Assembly: GCA_005777155.1 (NCBI GenBank)
Contig: SXNM01000288.1
Coordinates: 1-40,992 of the forward strand
Direction of reading: 5' to 3'
Source of the DNA: Pseudomonadota bacterium
GTDB lineage: Bacteria > Myxococcota_A > UBA9042
DNA: 40,992 bases
Below are positions 16,966-28,500 of the stretch, piece by piece; position 1 is the stretch's first letter; each line of letters opens with the position of its first letter. The position numbers were made by a program, and so were the translations under genes. The notes below the pieces were generated by a model. It was not told where the DNA came from, made no database searches, and worked only from the letters and a program-made list of their open reading frames with translations.

Positions 16966-18762
16966 TCACGGACACAACGCCCCCAGCGCCGGGTCCGAAG
17001 GCAACCGAGCCAACAACCGCCCGGTCGGGTCCAACGCAGCCGCGCCCTCGACGCCCAACTCAACCAAGGTCGACTGACCACCGACGAGCAAAGTGCCGCC
17101 CGGTACAGACACACCGACCAACCCAAAGCGCGGCCCGCCGAGCGCATCCACGACCTGCAGCGTCAGCGGCTGTGCCCCCACGCCAGCCCCGGTATCAGCG
17201 CCCAGCGCCACCCGCCACAGATCCGCCCCGATGCACTCGGCCGCCGACCCAGCGCAAGGCGCCCCGCCGGTCAACTTGATTGCGCCAGCAGCGACAAGTG
17301 CCCCACCTGGCACGGCGACGCCAAGCCCGGCGAATCCGCCAAGCAGCGCTTTGCCGCCGATGTCCACACCGACCAAGGTCACCTTTGCGGCCGCGACGTC
17401 CACCCGCGCAAGGTAGGTCTGGCTCTGCTCCGCCGTGATGGACGACGCCCCGAGCCCTCCCATCACCAGCACCGCCTCAGCCCCATTGCGGACCCCCAGA
17501 GACACAGCGATCGGGCCAATCGTCATCAGGCCCTTCGACTGCATCAGCGCCGCGTCGCCGGCAACCGCCAGGGCTACGGGGCCCTTGGCGACTTCGGTCA
17601 GCAACTCGAAGCCCTGGCCAGACCCGCCGTCGAGGTTGCCTCCCACGATCAGCACGCCGCCGCCCTCCAGCACGACGAGCCCCGGCCGCGCCCGCGCCGC
17701 GCCGAGGCTAAGCGTCGTCGCCTTGCCAGCCCCGCCACCGATGATCCCGGCAAAATCGCCGACATGAGTCGCCACCTTGGTCGCCGCGCCGCTGCCGTCG
17801 ACACCGCCGACAAAGAGCGCGCCGCCGAGCGCCGCCACAGCCGACGACAGCAGCTGCAGACCGGCGCCGGCGGCGACCGGGACCTTGCGGCTGTTCCCCA
17901 CCTTGAGGTCGATCAGCTCCGCTGCCGCCAGGGGTGCCGCGTCGTCCGGCTTGCCGGGCATCAGCAGGGGCGACGGCAGGTTGGTCGCGCCGATCTGCTG
18001 CACCTGAGTCACGCCGCCGACGACCAGCACCTGCTGCGGCCCGATGGCGATGGCGTGGTGCCACACGCGCGACGACTGCAATTGCGGCCCCTTGTAAAAC
18101 GCGCCGACCCTATGGTCGAAGACGTCGACGTCTCGGCTCGCCACACCTTTGCGGTCTTTGCCGCTCCAGCTGCCGATGCCACCGACCACCACCGCGTCGC
18201 CGCCCGCTAACGCCGCGATCGCGCTCAGGCTACGCCCGGTCTGCAGGTGGTCGGTCTCGCCGGCGGTTACGCTCTTGGCGTCGCTGCCGGTGCAGCCGAG
18301 CGCGGCGGTAGGCGCCAGGAACACCTGCGTCGTCGACTCCTTCTGCGCCTCCACCGACAGCCCGTTGCTCCGGCCTGCCCAGCCGACCGACTTGTCAGCG
18401 CCGCAGCCCCAGACCTCGACGTCGATCGGCACGCCGGCCTTGACGTTCGGGACCAGCCACTGGCCGGCGCTCATCAGCTTCGTGCGGGCAATCCGCTCGA
18501 TTCGCGGCGCCGCGTCCCCGGCGCGGATGGCCACCGCCACGGTCGCGACCGTCTCCGGCACGCTGTTGCGCCCCGCCGTGCTCGTCAGGCAGCCGCTCGG
18601 CGTCAACGCGGCGAACTGCAACTGCAGCCCGCCACCTTCGGCCTCCGGCGCGACGTCAGCGCAGCCAGCCACCACGCCCAGCAGCGACAGCGCAGCCGCG
18701 CGGAGGCTGTGTGACGACCGAGATCCTCGGAACCACGGGTCCAGACTCATAGCCGATGCCAT
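16966..18762 (-). CDS. Lipoprotein with Kelch-like beta-propeller repeats
   Basis: Start at ATG 18762 (cat 18760-18762; alternative 18750) gives MASAMSLDPWFRGSRSSHSLRAAALSLLGVVAGC (lipobox). Recurrent blade motifs: ..AVVVGGIGSW.., ..VLVVGGVTQV.., ..ALFVGGVDGSG.., ..VLIVGGNLDGG.., ..VLVMGGLGAS.., ..TLLVGGQSTL... Confidence 0.7.
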   Translation of the reverse strand: MASAMSLDPWFRGSRSSHSLRAAALSLLGVVAGCADVAPEAEGGGLQLQFAALTPSGCLTSTAGRNSVPETVATVAVAIRAGDAAPRIERIARTKLMSAGQWLVPNVKAGVPIDVEVWGCGADKSVGWAGRSNGLSVEAQKESTTQVFLAPTAALGCTGSDAKSVTAGETDHLQTGRSLSAIAALAGGDAVVVGGIGSWSGKDRKGVASRDVDVFDHRVGAFYKGPQLQSSRVWHHAIAIGPQQVLVVGGVTQVQQIGATNLPSPLLMPGKPDDAAPLAAAELIDLKVGNSRKVPVAAGAGLQLLSSAVAALGGALFVGGVDGSGAATKVATHVGDFAGIIGGGAGKATTLSLGAARARPGLVVLEGGGVLIVGGNLDGGSGQGFELLTEVAKGPVALAVAGDAALMQSKGLMTIGPIAVSLGVRNGAEAVLVMGGLGASSITAEQSQTYLARVDVAAAKVTLVGVDIGGKALLGGFAGLGVAVPGGALVAAGAIKLTGGAPCAGSAAECIGADLWRVALGADTGAGVGAQPLTLQVVDALGGPRFGLVGVSVPGGTLLVGGQSTLVELGVEGAAALDPTGRLLARLPSDPALGALCP

Positions 18763-19052
18763 CCTCGCTCCTCGGTCGCATGTCGCCGTTCGCCCGCAGC
18801 CTGCCCGCCGCCGTCCACCGGCGCAGGTCCACGCTAGACATTCCGCTTGGGCAGCGTGGCCGCCAACGCCTCGGACTGTACGGTGCCCACGCCACACCTT
18901 CAACCTCTCGGGTCGTGACAACCGGCGGGAATCCAGCGGCGAGCAGCGCGGTTGTGCAGCCTCAAGGGCTGGCGTCCACCGCCTTTCCCTGTATCCTCGC
19001 GGCGGCGGGCGCATCAGTCGGTCGTGACCTCCGCCACGCCCATGGGATCGCG

Positions 19053-20906
19053 ATGTTCATCGTCTACTTCCTGCTGCTCCTCATCCCGCTGGTGCTCTTC
19101 CACGAGCTCGGCCATTACCTCGTCGCGCGCTGGATGGGCGTCCGCGTCCTCTCGTTTTCGATCGGCTTTGGCCCAGTAGTGTTCGCTTGGGAGCGCGCTG
19201 GAACCGAGTATGCCGTCCGCGCGCTGCCGCTCGGCGGCTTTGTCCGCATGCTCGGCGACGATCCGATGGGCGGTGAAGACGAGGGGCCACCAGCCCCAGA
19301 CTCATTTTTAGCCAAACCAGTGTGGCAGCGGTCGCTCATCGTCGCCGCTGGCCCGATCGCCAACCTCCTGTTGCCGATGGTCATCCTGTCCGGCGGCTCG
19401 CTGCTCGTCGATGGTCAAGTCGCCTCCACGCGGCTCGGCACGGTGATGCCCGGCGGCCCAGCCGACGTCGCAGGACTCCGCAGCGGCGACCGTGTCCTCG
19501 AGGTGGAGGGCGAGGAGGTCCACAGCTTTATCGCCTTCCGCAACGCGATTACGGCGCGGCCAGGGATGCCCACCCGCGTCGTTGTCGAACGCGACGGCAA
19601 GCGAGAGGTCTTCCAGGTCCAGCCCGAGGCGCGTCGCGAGGTCAAGATGGCCGAGCTCGGCGTGGTCGACACAGTCGGCCGCGTCCAAGTGGCACCGGAC
19701 GCTGAAGCGTCGATCGTCGTCGTCGACCCCACCGGCCCGGCCCTCGCGGCTGGTGTGCACAGCGGCGAGCGCGTGGTCGCCGTCGACGGCGTCGGCATCG
19801 CGACCTTCTGGCAGCTCCGTGCGGCGCTAGAGGCCGCGGCGCGCAGTCGGCCTGGCGGCACCGTCCGCCTGACGCTCGCCCCGCTGCGCCACGACAAGCC
19901 GCTGACCAAGGAAGAGATCAGCAGCCACGACGGCGTCTTGCACGACGCCAAGGGCCGCCACGAGGTCACGCTGCCGGCGTCAACGGTCGATGCCTTGGGC
20001 CTCCACGCGGCGCAGAACGTCATCGGCTATGTCGAGAAGGACAGCCCGGCTGCGCGCGCCGGGCTGCGGGCGGGCGACAGAATCCTATCGGCAGACGGCC
20101 AGCCGACGCCCAGCTTTGTCGTCCTACTCGACCGCCTCAAGCAGGGATACGAGGACGTCCGCGTCGCTCCTGAGAGCCGCGGTCTCAGCCCTGAGGAACT
20201 GCTGGCCCGCCTGCGCGCCGCGCTAGAGAAGCCCATCCCGCTGCGCATCCGCCGCGAGCTGCGGCCAGCCGATCGCGACGCGCTGAGCGGCCCAAAGGCA
20301 CCCGCCGACCCCCTCCTCGCCAGCGTCTACGCTCAGGCGGACCGCCGGGCCGAAGCGCTCCGTGCTGGTCTCCTTGAGGTCGACGCGCCGCTCAAGCTGC
20401 AAGCGACGCTCGACGCCAACGAGCGGCCGCGGCTGAACTTTGGCGCCGGCGCCTTGCAGGGCAGCGAGCCGCCCGAAGAAGTTGAGAACGTTGATCGTCT
20501 CGGCCACGCCTGGCTCCACACCCGCGAGTCGATGGCCGACGCCCTGCGCATGACGGTGCTCGCCGTCGCCGGCCTCTTCCGCGGCCACCTGCCCATCAAA
20601 GAGGTCGGCGGCCCCATCTTTATGGCGCAGCTCGCCGCGCGCACCGCCGACCTCGGCTGGGGCTTCTTCTTCCACATCATGGTGTGGCTCTCGGTCAACC
20701 TCGCGATCATTAATCTGTTGCCGATCCCCATCGCTGATGGCGGCCACCTGCTCTTTCTGGCCATCGAGGCGGTCCGCCGCGAGCCCGTCAGCGTCCGAAC
20801 GCGCATGATCGCCGCCTACGCCGGCATGACCTTCCTCGGGCTGCTTTTCGTCGTCGTCATGATGAACGATGTCCAGCGCCTCATCGCCTCGTTCGTCCAG
20901 GGCTAA
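19053..20906 (+). CDS. rseP: RIP zinc metalloprotease RseP (site-2 protease, M50 family) with PDZ domains
   Basis: ATG 19053 gives MFIVYFLLLLIPLVLFHELGHYLVARWMGVRV (HExxH). ..ALPLGGFVRMLGDD... PDZ-like segments (..GGPADVAGLRSGDRVLEVEG.., ..DSPAARAGLRAGDRILSADG..). C-terminal ..NLAIINLLPIPIADGGHLLF.. (NxxPxxxxDG motif). Confidence 0.9.
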   Translation: MFIVYFLLLLIPLVLFHELGHYLVARWMGVRVLSFSIGFGPVVFAWERAGTEYAVRALPLGGFVRMLGDDPMGGEDEGPPAPDSFLAKPVWQRSLIVAAGPIANLLLPMVILSGGSLLVDGQVASTRLGTVMPGGPADVAGLRSGDRVLEVEGEEVHSFIAFRNAITARPGMPTRVVVERDGKREVFQVQPEARREVKMAELGVVDTVGRVQVAPDAEASIVVVDPTGPALAAGVHSGERVVAVDGVGIATFWQLRAALEAAARSRPGGTVRLTLAPLRHDKPLTKEEISSHDGVLHDAKGRHEVTLPASTVDALGLHAAQNVIGYVEKDSPAARAGLRAGDRILSADGQPTPSFVVLLDRLKQGYEDVRVAPESRGLSPEELLARLRAALEKPIPLRIRRELRPADRDALSGPKAPADPLLASVYAQADRRAEALRAGLLEVDAPLKLQATLDANERPRLNFGAGALQGSEPPEEVENVDRLGHAWLHTRESMADALRMTVLAVAGLFRGHLPIKEVGGPIFMAQLAARTADLGWGFFFHIMVWLSVNLAIINLLPIPIADGGHLLFLAIEAVRREPVSVRTRMIAAYAGMTFLGLLFVVVMMNDVQRLIASFVQG

Positions 20907-21867
20907 GTCATCCCAGCTGCACGGCGCGCGGCGACCAGGCGGCCCGGGCGCCCGGAGGACATCGCCGCTGCACCCAACCTCGCCATCCCTGCCATCCCTG
21001 ACAGCCCTGCCAGCTGCGCGCAGCGCCGCCGCCGGGGCCATATTCCCCATTGAAGTCCGGGCGCTGTCGCCGCTGGCCGTAGACACGGGCACGGGCCCCG
21101 ATTTCTCCTTCACCGCGCTGCCCCCGCGGCAGGTCGCGGCGGCCGGATCGGCGCGCACGATCATCGCGATCTCAACCTCGTCCGACGTCGAGCAGGTCGC
21201 CTGGCAGGGCGCCGATGGCAGCCGTAAGGTCTGGCGCCAGCGCTGGCGCCGCGGCCAGCCCCGCCGCTTGCTGCCCGCCGCCCTCGCGATGGCTGGCGCT
21301 GAGGCCCTCGGGCAGGTTCAACTGGTCGTCTGCGACGTCGGACCCGGCAGCTTCACCGGCCTGCGTCTCGGCCTCGCCACCGCCCGCGCCATCGCATGGT
21401 TGGCTGGTGCCGCCACGCGCTCTGTGAAGTCCAGCGCGCTCCTCGGCGCCGCCGCACGCGCGGCCGGAATCCTGGGGCCGCTGCGGGTCTTGCTGCCGAG
21501 CCGCGCCGGCTACGTCTACGACGCCTGGCTGGCACCTGCCGGCCAGGATGAGCCGCCCGGGGTCGAGACGGTCGAGCGCGCGTTGACGGCGGTGCAGGCC
21601 GCGTGGTCCGGCCCGTTCTCGCCCATGGAGACGACGCTGATCCTCAGCCCAGAGATCGAGCACCTCGCCGCGCCGCTGAGCGCGGGCTTCCAGGTCGTGG
21701 TCCTCGTCACGGCTCCAGATGCGGCGTGTCTGCTCGACTCTGACTTGGCGGCTCGACCGGCGGCGAATTGGGCCGCGGTCGTTCCGCACTATGTCGGCAT
21801 CAGCGAAGCGGAGCGCGCCGGCGGCACGACGGCCGACCATCCTGGCCTACCCGTTCAGCGTGGCTGA
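20869..21867 (+). CDS. tsaB: tRNA threonylcarbamoyladenosine biosynthesis protein TsaB (YeaZ-like); true start uncertain
   Basis: Conserved part begins ..TIIAISTSS.. (~21160) and includes the hallmark ..VCDVGPGSFTGLRLGLATARAIAW... The only canonical in-frame start is ATG 20869, which overlaps rseP by 38 nt and adds ~95 Ser/Pro/Ala-rich residues. Third-position GC only becomes gene-like from ~21055. See findings. Confidence 0.7.
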   Translation: MSSASSPRSSRAKSSQLHGARRPGGPGARRTSPLHPTSPSLPSLTALPAARSAAAGAIFPIEVRALSPLAVDTGTGPDFSFTALPPRQVAAAGSARTIIAISTSSDVEQVAWQGADGSRKVWRQRWRRGQPRRLLPAALAMAGAEALGQVQLVVCDVGPGSFTGLRLGLATARAIAWLAGAATRSVKSSALLGAAARAAGILGPLRVLLPSRAGYVYDAWLAPAGQDEPPGVETVERALTAVQAAWSGPFSPMETTLILSPEIEHLAAPLSAGFQVVVLVTAPDAACLLDSDLAARPAANWAAVVPHYVGISEAERAGGTTADHPGLPVQRG

Positions 21868-22047
21868 CGCGACCCGAGTGGCCGAAAGCCGTCGCCCCAT
21901 CGACCGACCCGGCAGCCCACCCTTGGCGCCGCTCGCCGACGGCTATCGTCCCCATTGACTGCGGCCCTCGCCGAGGACTCTGATCTTCTCGGACGCCGCC
22001 AGCAACCAAGCAAGCACGGACTGCCAGCGGCCACTCAGGAGCCAACG

Positions 22048-22395
22048 ATGAACGACGCCACCGCCTGCGACCCGCTCGCCGCAGACCCGCCCCCAAGCGA
22101 CCGGTTGGCGCTCCACCCAGCGGTCGCTTGGCGTCCAGTCGCCGGCGAGATCTTCCTCGTGACGCCGGATCGCGCCATGCACCGCGTCGCCTCGCCCACC
22201 GGCGCCGCCATCGTGAAGGCGCTGGCTGGCCCGGGCGTCGAACGCGGCGACCTAATCGTGCAGCTGACGCAGCGCTTCACCGGGCATCCCTCAGCCATCG
22301 CCGCCGACGTCGACGCGTTCTTGGCCTCGCTCACCGCCGCGGGCATCCTGCGAACCGTCCCGGCTGCTCCTCACGCGCCCCTGAGCGCGCCTTGA
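22048..22395 (+). CDS. PqqD-family protein (stand-alone RiPP recognition element type peptide chaperone)
   Basis: 115 aa from ATG 22048, preceded by AGGAG (22037-22041, 6-nt spacer). The PqqD-like pattern is ..LALHPAVAWRPVAGEIFLVTPDRAMHRVASPTGAAIVKALAGPGVERGDLIVQLTQRFTGHPSAIAADVDAFLASLTAAGILR... That corresponds to a beta-strand region, then the helices 'iw..l.g', then 'Dv..Fl..L...gl'. Confidence 0.75.
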   Translation: MNDATACDPLAADPPPSDRLALHPAVAWRPVAGEIFLVTPDRAMHRVASPTGAAIVKALAGPGVERGDLIVQLTQRFTGHPSAIAADVDAFLASLTAAGILRTVPAAPHAPLSAP

Positions 22396-22576
22396 ACGGC
22401 GATGACACCAAAGTCCCGACGGCCGAGTCACGATTGCGATCGCGTTACGACCGTGACACACTTCACCAGTCTCGACCACAAGCGCGCTCCGTTCACGAGC
22501 AGCGCGCCGGGTCGATGCGACCACTCGGCGGCCCCCCGGCGCGCTGGGTACGGCGACATGCGCCAGAGGTGAGAGG

Positions 22577-25500
22577 ATGATGCGCTCGACAATCAAGTCC
22601 GGCCTTACGACTTGGCTTCCCGCCTCAGAGAGCCATGATTCGGCGCAGAACCAAGCCAAACGTATCAGCCTCCGCGCGCTGCCCTTGCTCGGGCTCCTAC
22701 TGGCGCTGAGCGTCGCGCTCTCCGGCTGCGGCGATGACGATCCGGTCAATCCCGGCGGGGCTGACTCCGCCATCGACGGCGGGGGCGACGCGGGTGCCGA
22801 CGGCGGAATCGACGGCGGCGGGCTCCAGGTCGACAGCACCGGTCCGCAGGCAAAGCTCACCTTCAACATCGCGCACGCCAAGGGCAATGGCTTGGTCGAC
22901 CCGGTCAACGCCCAGATCCTCGACCTAGCGCTCGACAAGTACCCTGGCCTCACCGATCCGGGCTTTCAGGTCGATGTCCAGATCAACGGCATCAACGTGC
23001 CGGACGGCACCGAGATCGACGTCCAGCTCGACGGCAAGTCTGTCGGCAAGGTGACCATGACCGGCGGCACCGCAGAGCTCGCCAAGGTCACGCTGCAGTG
23101 CACCGCGTCGCAGAGCGCGATCTCGGTCCTCGCGACGGTCACGGGCAACCAGGTCAGCGCCACCAAGGCCGCCAAGCTCGACTGCGGCGATGGCTGCACC
23201 GCGGCCCTGGTTCCAGTCAATGGCTGCGTCACCGAAGACGCCGATCCTGCGACCCCCGGCCTCCAGGCGACCTTCCAGGTCACCTCAACCACACCTGACT
23301 GCACCCACGCCCAGTTGCGCGTCACCGACGTCAGCGGCAAGGTTCAGGAGACGCCCAAGGTCTCCCTCGTCGCCGGCAAGGCCACCGTCACCGCGACCGT
23401 CGCCGCCGACACCACGGGCGTCGTCAATGAGACGGCGACCGTCGTCGGCATCGTGATCGACGAGGCCCACGCTGAGCGTCCCAAAGGCGAGTCCGATGCG
23501 CTGGCTGTGCCAATCACCACGGACGCCCCGAGCGTCGCCATCGTGGCGCCCGACAAGGCGCAGCTGACCCTCGCCGATGACGCCGATGGCAAGGACGCCA
23601 ACGGAGTCCAGGTCACCATCGTCGGCACCGCGACCACCATGAAGCCGAGCGATATCGAGAAGCTCGTCGTCAAGGTCGATGGCGTTGAGGTCGGCAAGAC
23701 CTCGATGAAGCTCAACGGAGGCTTCGAGTTCGACCTCAGCTTCGCCACCTCCAAGACGTGGGAGGTCACAGTCGAGGCCACGAACGCATGCGGCCTGTCC
23801 GCCACCGGCAAGCGCAGCTACAAGGTTGCGGCCTCCAAGGCCAAGCTTAAGATCAGCTCGCCGTCCAGCGGCGCCGTGCTCAACGCCAAGAACGACACGG
23901 ACCTGTCGACCGCGACCGTCCTCGAGACCAACTTCGAGGTCGCAATTCAGGGCGCGAACGATGGCGACAAGGTCTCGGTGTTCTGCCGCCCGAACCAGGC
24001 CGGCAGCCCGTATCCCATCACGCCCAACGGCACAGCGACCGTCACTGGCGGCGCCGCGACGCTCTCCCTACCGCTGTCGATTGATGCCACCGCGGTCGGC
24101 ACCAGCGTCGTCTGTGTGGCCCGCGACAACGGCGCCAACCCAGCCGAGAGCCCCGAGGTCGCCCTGACCGTCGGCCTGCCGCCGCCCTGCATGACGATCA
24201 AGCTGCCGAAAGAGGGCTTCGTCACCGCGAGCGCCACCTTGCCCGTCGGCGCGACAGCCACCGGCCTGGAGGGCGCGGTCGTCGAGGCCAAGCTGGCGCT
24301 GGTCGACGGAGCGACGTTGATCGACACGCCGATCGGCAAAATCACCGGCGGCGCCTTCACCGGCGCCCTGGCGCTGACCATTGGCAGCCCACCGCTGCCG
24401 ATCCCGCACGGCACCTATGTCCTCTCGCTCAACGCCGCGGACACGTTCGGCAACGCCGTCAACACCGGCAACTGCTCGACGCTGAGCCGCACCATCGTCG
24501 TCGACCGCAAACCGCCCCTGCTCGCGCTCGCCATTCCGACCAAGCAGGTGCTGGATCCCGCCGGCGACGCCGACTCTGACGTGGTGTCACCTGGCTACCA
24601 GACCAAGGTCGTGTTCAGCGTCGGCGGTGAGAGCGACTTGACGACCTCGACCGTCTGCGCCAGCGTCAACGGCTTCGCGCTGCCTTGCCAGACCATCACG
24701 GGCAACGGCCAGTTGACCTTCTCCTCCGTCACCCTGCAGCCCGGCGCCAACATCATCGTCGCCACGGCCAAGGACGCGCTCGGCAATGTCAGCAAGGACG
24801 TCATCGTCAACATCACGCTGCAGTCCAACGCCGCGATGGTGAAGTGGATCAAGCCTGCGACCAGCACCTTCGTCGCCACCGACTCGCTGCAGCTCGAGAT
24901 CAGCGTCACCGACCAAGCGCTCGGCGTCCCGGTCAACGGCGCCGCGATTACCCTGATCCTCAATGGCAAAGAGACCCCCGGGGTTGTGTTCTCGGCCAGC
25001 GGCAACGGTCTCTACAGCGCCAAGGCGACTGGGCTGGCCTTGGGTCCGAACACCCTGCAGGTCACGGCCTTGCCGGTCGGCGCCGCCACCGAGGGCGTCA
25101 GCCCGCAGCTGACTGTGACCCGCAAGGGCGCTTCGCCGACCATCGCGCTGCAAGGCCTGACGAACGGGGAGATCGTCAACCTCGCCAAGGCCTCATGCAT
25201 CGCTGGCCTCACCGACTGCATCACCAACCTCAACGCAGTGACCACCAACGCCGCTGACGGCAGCACCGCCACGCTCGTCGTGACCTGCGACCTGGCGGCG
25301 GCGGTGACGGCCACCGCCACGGTGACCGGCGGCGTGGCTGGCTTCTCCTTGATCACGTTGCCGCACGGCGCCAAGTGCACGCTGCAGGTCAGCGTCATCG
25401 ATGAGGCCGCGCAGCAGGCCCTCGGCGCCCCGATCGCCGTGTCGATCGACCGCGTCGCGCCGGTGTTCTCGGTGTTCTCGCCGCTGACGACCGCGCTGCT

Positions 25501-28500
25501 CGCGCTCTCCGATGCCAACGGCAACCCCGCCGACGGCGTCCAGGTCGCCACCAACGTCTCCCTCAGCGGCCTCGAGAAGGACCGCCCCATCGTGCTGCAA
25601 GTGTTCAACGACGGTGGCACCAAGGCCTTCGAGGCCACCTCCGCCATGCCGAGCACCGCCACCGCCGGCCAGGCCGTGTCGGTCAACTTCGGCGTCGTGA
25701 CGTACCCGGCTGGCAAGACCATCAAGCTCACCATCACGACCAGCGACCTGGCCGGTAACCCCGCGACCTTCACCGCCACCTTCGTTGTCGTCCCAGACGC
25801 CGCGGAGGTCCGCTTGATCGGCCCGACGTTCGTCGACCCGAAGTCGTGCTCCGTCCACTCCGACTGCGGCACGTCGATCTGCCAGACCGGTAAGTGCACG
25901 ATCCCATGGAACAAGAACACGTTTCGCCAGTTCACGGTCATCGGTCTCGGACTCCTGACCGGCGCCAAGGCGCGCATCTGCTCGGACAACGGCAACGTAA
26001 CCGGGCCGAGCTGCGCCACCGCTGGCACCAAGGAGATCGTGGCACCGACGGACTTCGACGGTGTCCAGGTCGCGCTGCTGGCACAGACGCTCAACGAGGG
26101 CCTGCACACGCTCCACGCCGAGGTCCTGCCGGCGGGCGCGAATGCCGCAACGGCGTCGAACTGGCTGACCTCAATCGCCGCATCGGCGACCGGCAGCAAG
26201 ACGCGCCGCATCTTGTACGACGCGACGCCGCCCGTGGTGGCCGCGGTGACCGCCCCGGCAGCCGCCGGCGTCCCCGCCAAGTGCCTCGCGCGGGCCTCGC
26301 AGCTCTCCTCTGACGGCTTCGCCCCCGGCGGCGTGTTCGTCTTCGCCGCCACCATCGCCAACGACGACGGTCAGGTGGCCATCCTCACTGGCGGGACCAA
26401 GGTCGGCACCGCCAGCTCGGTGTCCAAGGTGGCGTCGGTGCAGATCCAGCTCGCTACCGAAGGCTCGACCACGCTGACCGCCGTCGCCACCGACAGCGTC
26501 GGCAACGAGAGCGCGCCCTTCAATGTCGGCACCTTTGACGTCAATACCATCCCGCCGATCGGCGCCTTTGCCGCCCCCGGAAAGTCCACGCTCATCGTTG
26601 GCGACTCGCTTGATGTCCGCGTCACCTCGCAGTCGACCGACGTCGAGGCCCAGCCTGTGACGCTCAAGGACGGCGACAAGACGATCGGCTCGGTGGCGAT
26701 GACCAAGGGCGAGGCGCTCTTCTCCGACAGCCTCTACAAGACGCTGACCGACGGCACCCACACGTTGACGGCGATCGTCACGGACAGCTGCGCCAACCCG
26801 GCGACCATCGCGACCTCTCCAGCGTTGGTGACGGTGGACACCTCGGCGCCGACGGCCTCGATCTCTGGGCCGACCCAGGGCCAGACCTTCGGCGACGCCA
26901 ACGACGCCAAGGCCGACGTCAGCGGCTACCAGATCGCCGCCACGTTCACCACCGGCGGCGGCACGTCGTGGACGCTTGACCTCGGCACCGACTGCGACGC
27001 GGCCTTCGCCAACTGCGCTGGCTTCGCTGGCGCCGGCAGCGGCAACGTCAGCAACGATGGCGGCGCCGAGCCGACGCAGTTCGTGACCATTCCGTTCGGC
27101 AAGTCCAAGCAGTACGTCCTGCGCCTGACCGTGACCGACGCCAATGGCAACAAGACGGTTGTGGACCGCGGCTTCATCGTCGAGCTCTCTGGCTGCTTGG
27201 TCGGTCTGACGGGCCTGCCGGCCTCTGGCATCGTCAACACCAGCGCCTGCGCCACCGCCGGCCAGAACTGCGCCAGCGCCAAGCTCACGCTGACTGCCTC
27301 ATTTGTCGGCCCCTGCGGCACGGTCAGCGCGGTCGAGCTGCGGGTCGATGGCGCGCTCTCCGCCTCCAAGGCGCCGACGGGCAGCGCCGCCGGCTTCGAT
27401 CTCACCGTCACCGGCGGCACGAGTCCCAAGGTGGAGGCCAAGGTCCTTGAGGGCGCGACCTCCAAGGGCACCAGCGGCGAGACCACCATCAAGGTCGACC
27501 TGACCCTGCCGGTCGTCAGCTTCATCGCCGGCACCGTGCTGGGCGTCGCCACGCCGGCCAACACCGCGCCCGCCCTGGCCGGCAAGGCCAAGGACGCCGA
27601 CGGCGCCAAGAACGGCCACCAGGCCCACCTGTTGCTGCAGGTGGTCGACGCCGGCCTGACGGGTGGCAAGCTCACGAGCGTGAAGGAGACGGTCGGCAAC
27701 AGTGACCTCTCCAGCTCGCTCGGCCTGCCGCTGACCTACGCTGCGAACGGCACGGTGACGACCGAGCTGAAGTTCGTGACGGCGAAAGAGGACGCCAACA
27801 ACACCATCGAGGCCACCGTGGCGGACGCCGCCGGCAACGTCGGCAAGGCCACGCTGACCCTGGAGGTGGACTGGACCTCGCCGGGCGCCGTCACCCTGAG
27901 CGACCTCAAGGCAGCCGACCTCAATGCCCGCCGGCCCTTCGCCAAGCTCAGCTTCAAGGCACCGGCGGAGGATGGCAATTCAGGAGGCGCTGCGGCCAGC
28001 TACGAGGTCGTCTACTCGCGCTCGGCGATCGCGAGCACCACCGAGTTCGAGGCCGCCTGCAAGGCGACAAGCCTGCCGAAGTCCGCCGTCCCGACGCCGG
28101 GCGCGCCGGGTGCCGACCAGGTGGTCGTGGTCGAGGGTCCCGACGGTCGCGCCGCTGCCGAGGCGTGCAAATTCGCGCCTCTGACCGACAACGGCGTCGG
28201 CAAGTACCACTTCGCCGTCCGCGCCGTCGATGCTGCTGGCAACGCAGGGGCGATCAGCAACGTCGTCTCGACCTCCGACCTCCGCCTGCGCTACGCCAAG
28301 ATCACCTCGGCGACGGCGCCCTGGAACACCGCCACCTCCTTCACCAACGTCGTCGGCGTCGGCGACCTCAACGGCGACGGGCTTGGCGACTTCGGCTTTG
28401 GCGGCAACACCAACACCAACAAGTTCTGCGTCGTCTACGGTCACGCGGACAGCAGCTTGCAGGTGCCCGAGGTGAACATCGCCGCCGCCTCCGCCGCGAC

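Noticed and set aside
21955-21984. Sigma-70-like promoter TTGACT-N18-TCTGAT upstream of the PqqD gene
   Set aside because: The -35 match is good but the -10 match is only 4/6 with an 18-bp spacer. Promoter consensus in this high-GC lineage is uncertain, so I do not call it as a feature.
22402-22572. 56-aa ORF (MTPKSRRPSHDCDRVTTVTHFTSLDHKRAPFTSSAPGRCDHSAAPRRAGYGDMRQR) between the PqqD gene and the giant gene, considered as an alternative precursor peptide
   Set aside because: It has no Shine-Dalgarno sequence, mediocre third-position GC (~77%) and a basic, non-core-like composition. It ends inside the giant gene's RBS region, so it more likely represents promoter or 5'-UTR DNA. It is worth rechecking only if the 61-aa candidate fails.
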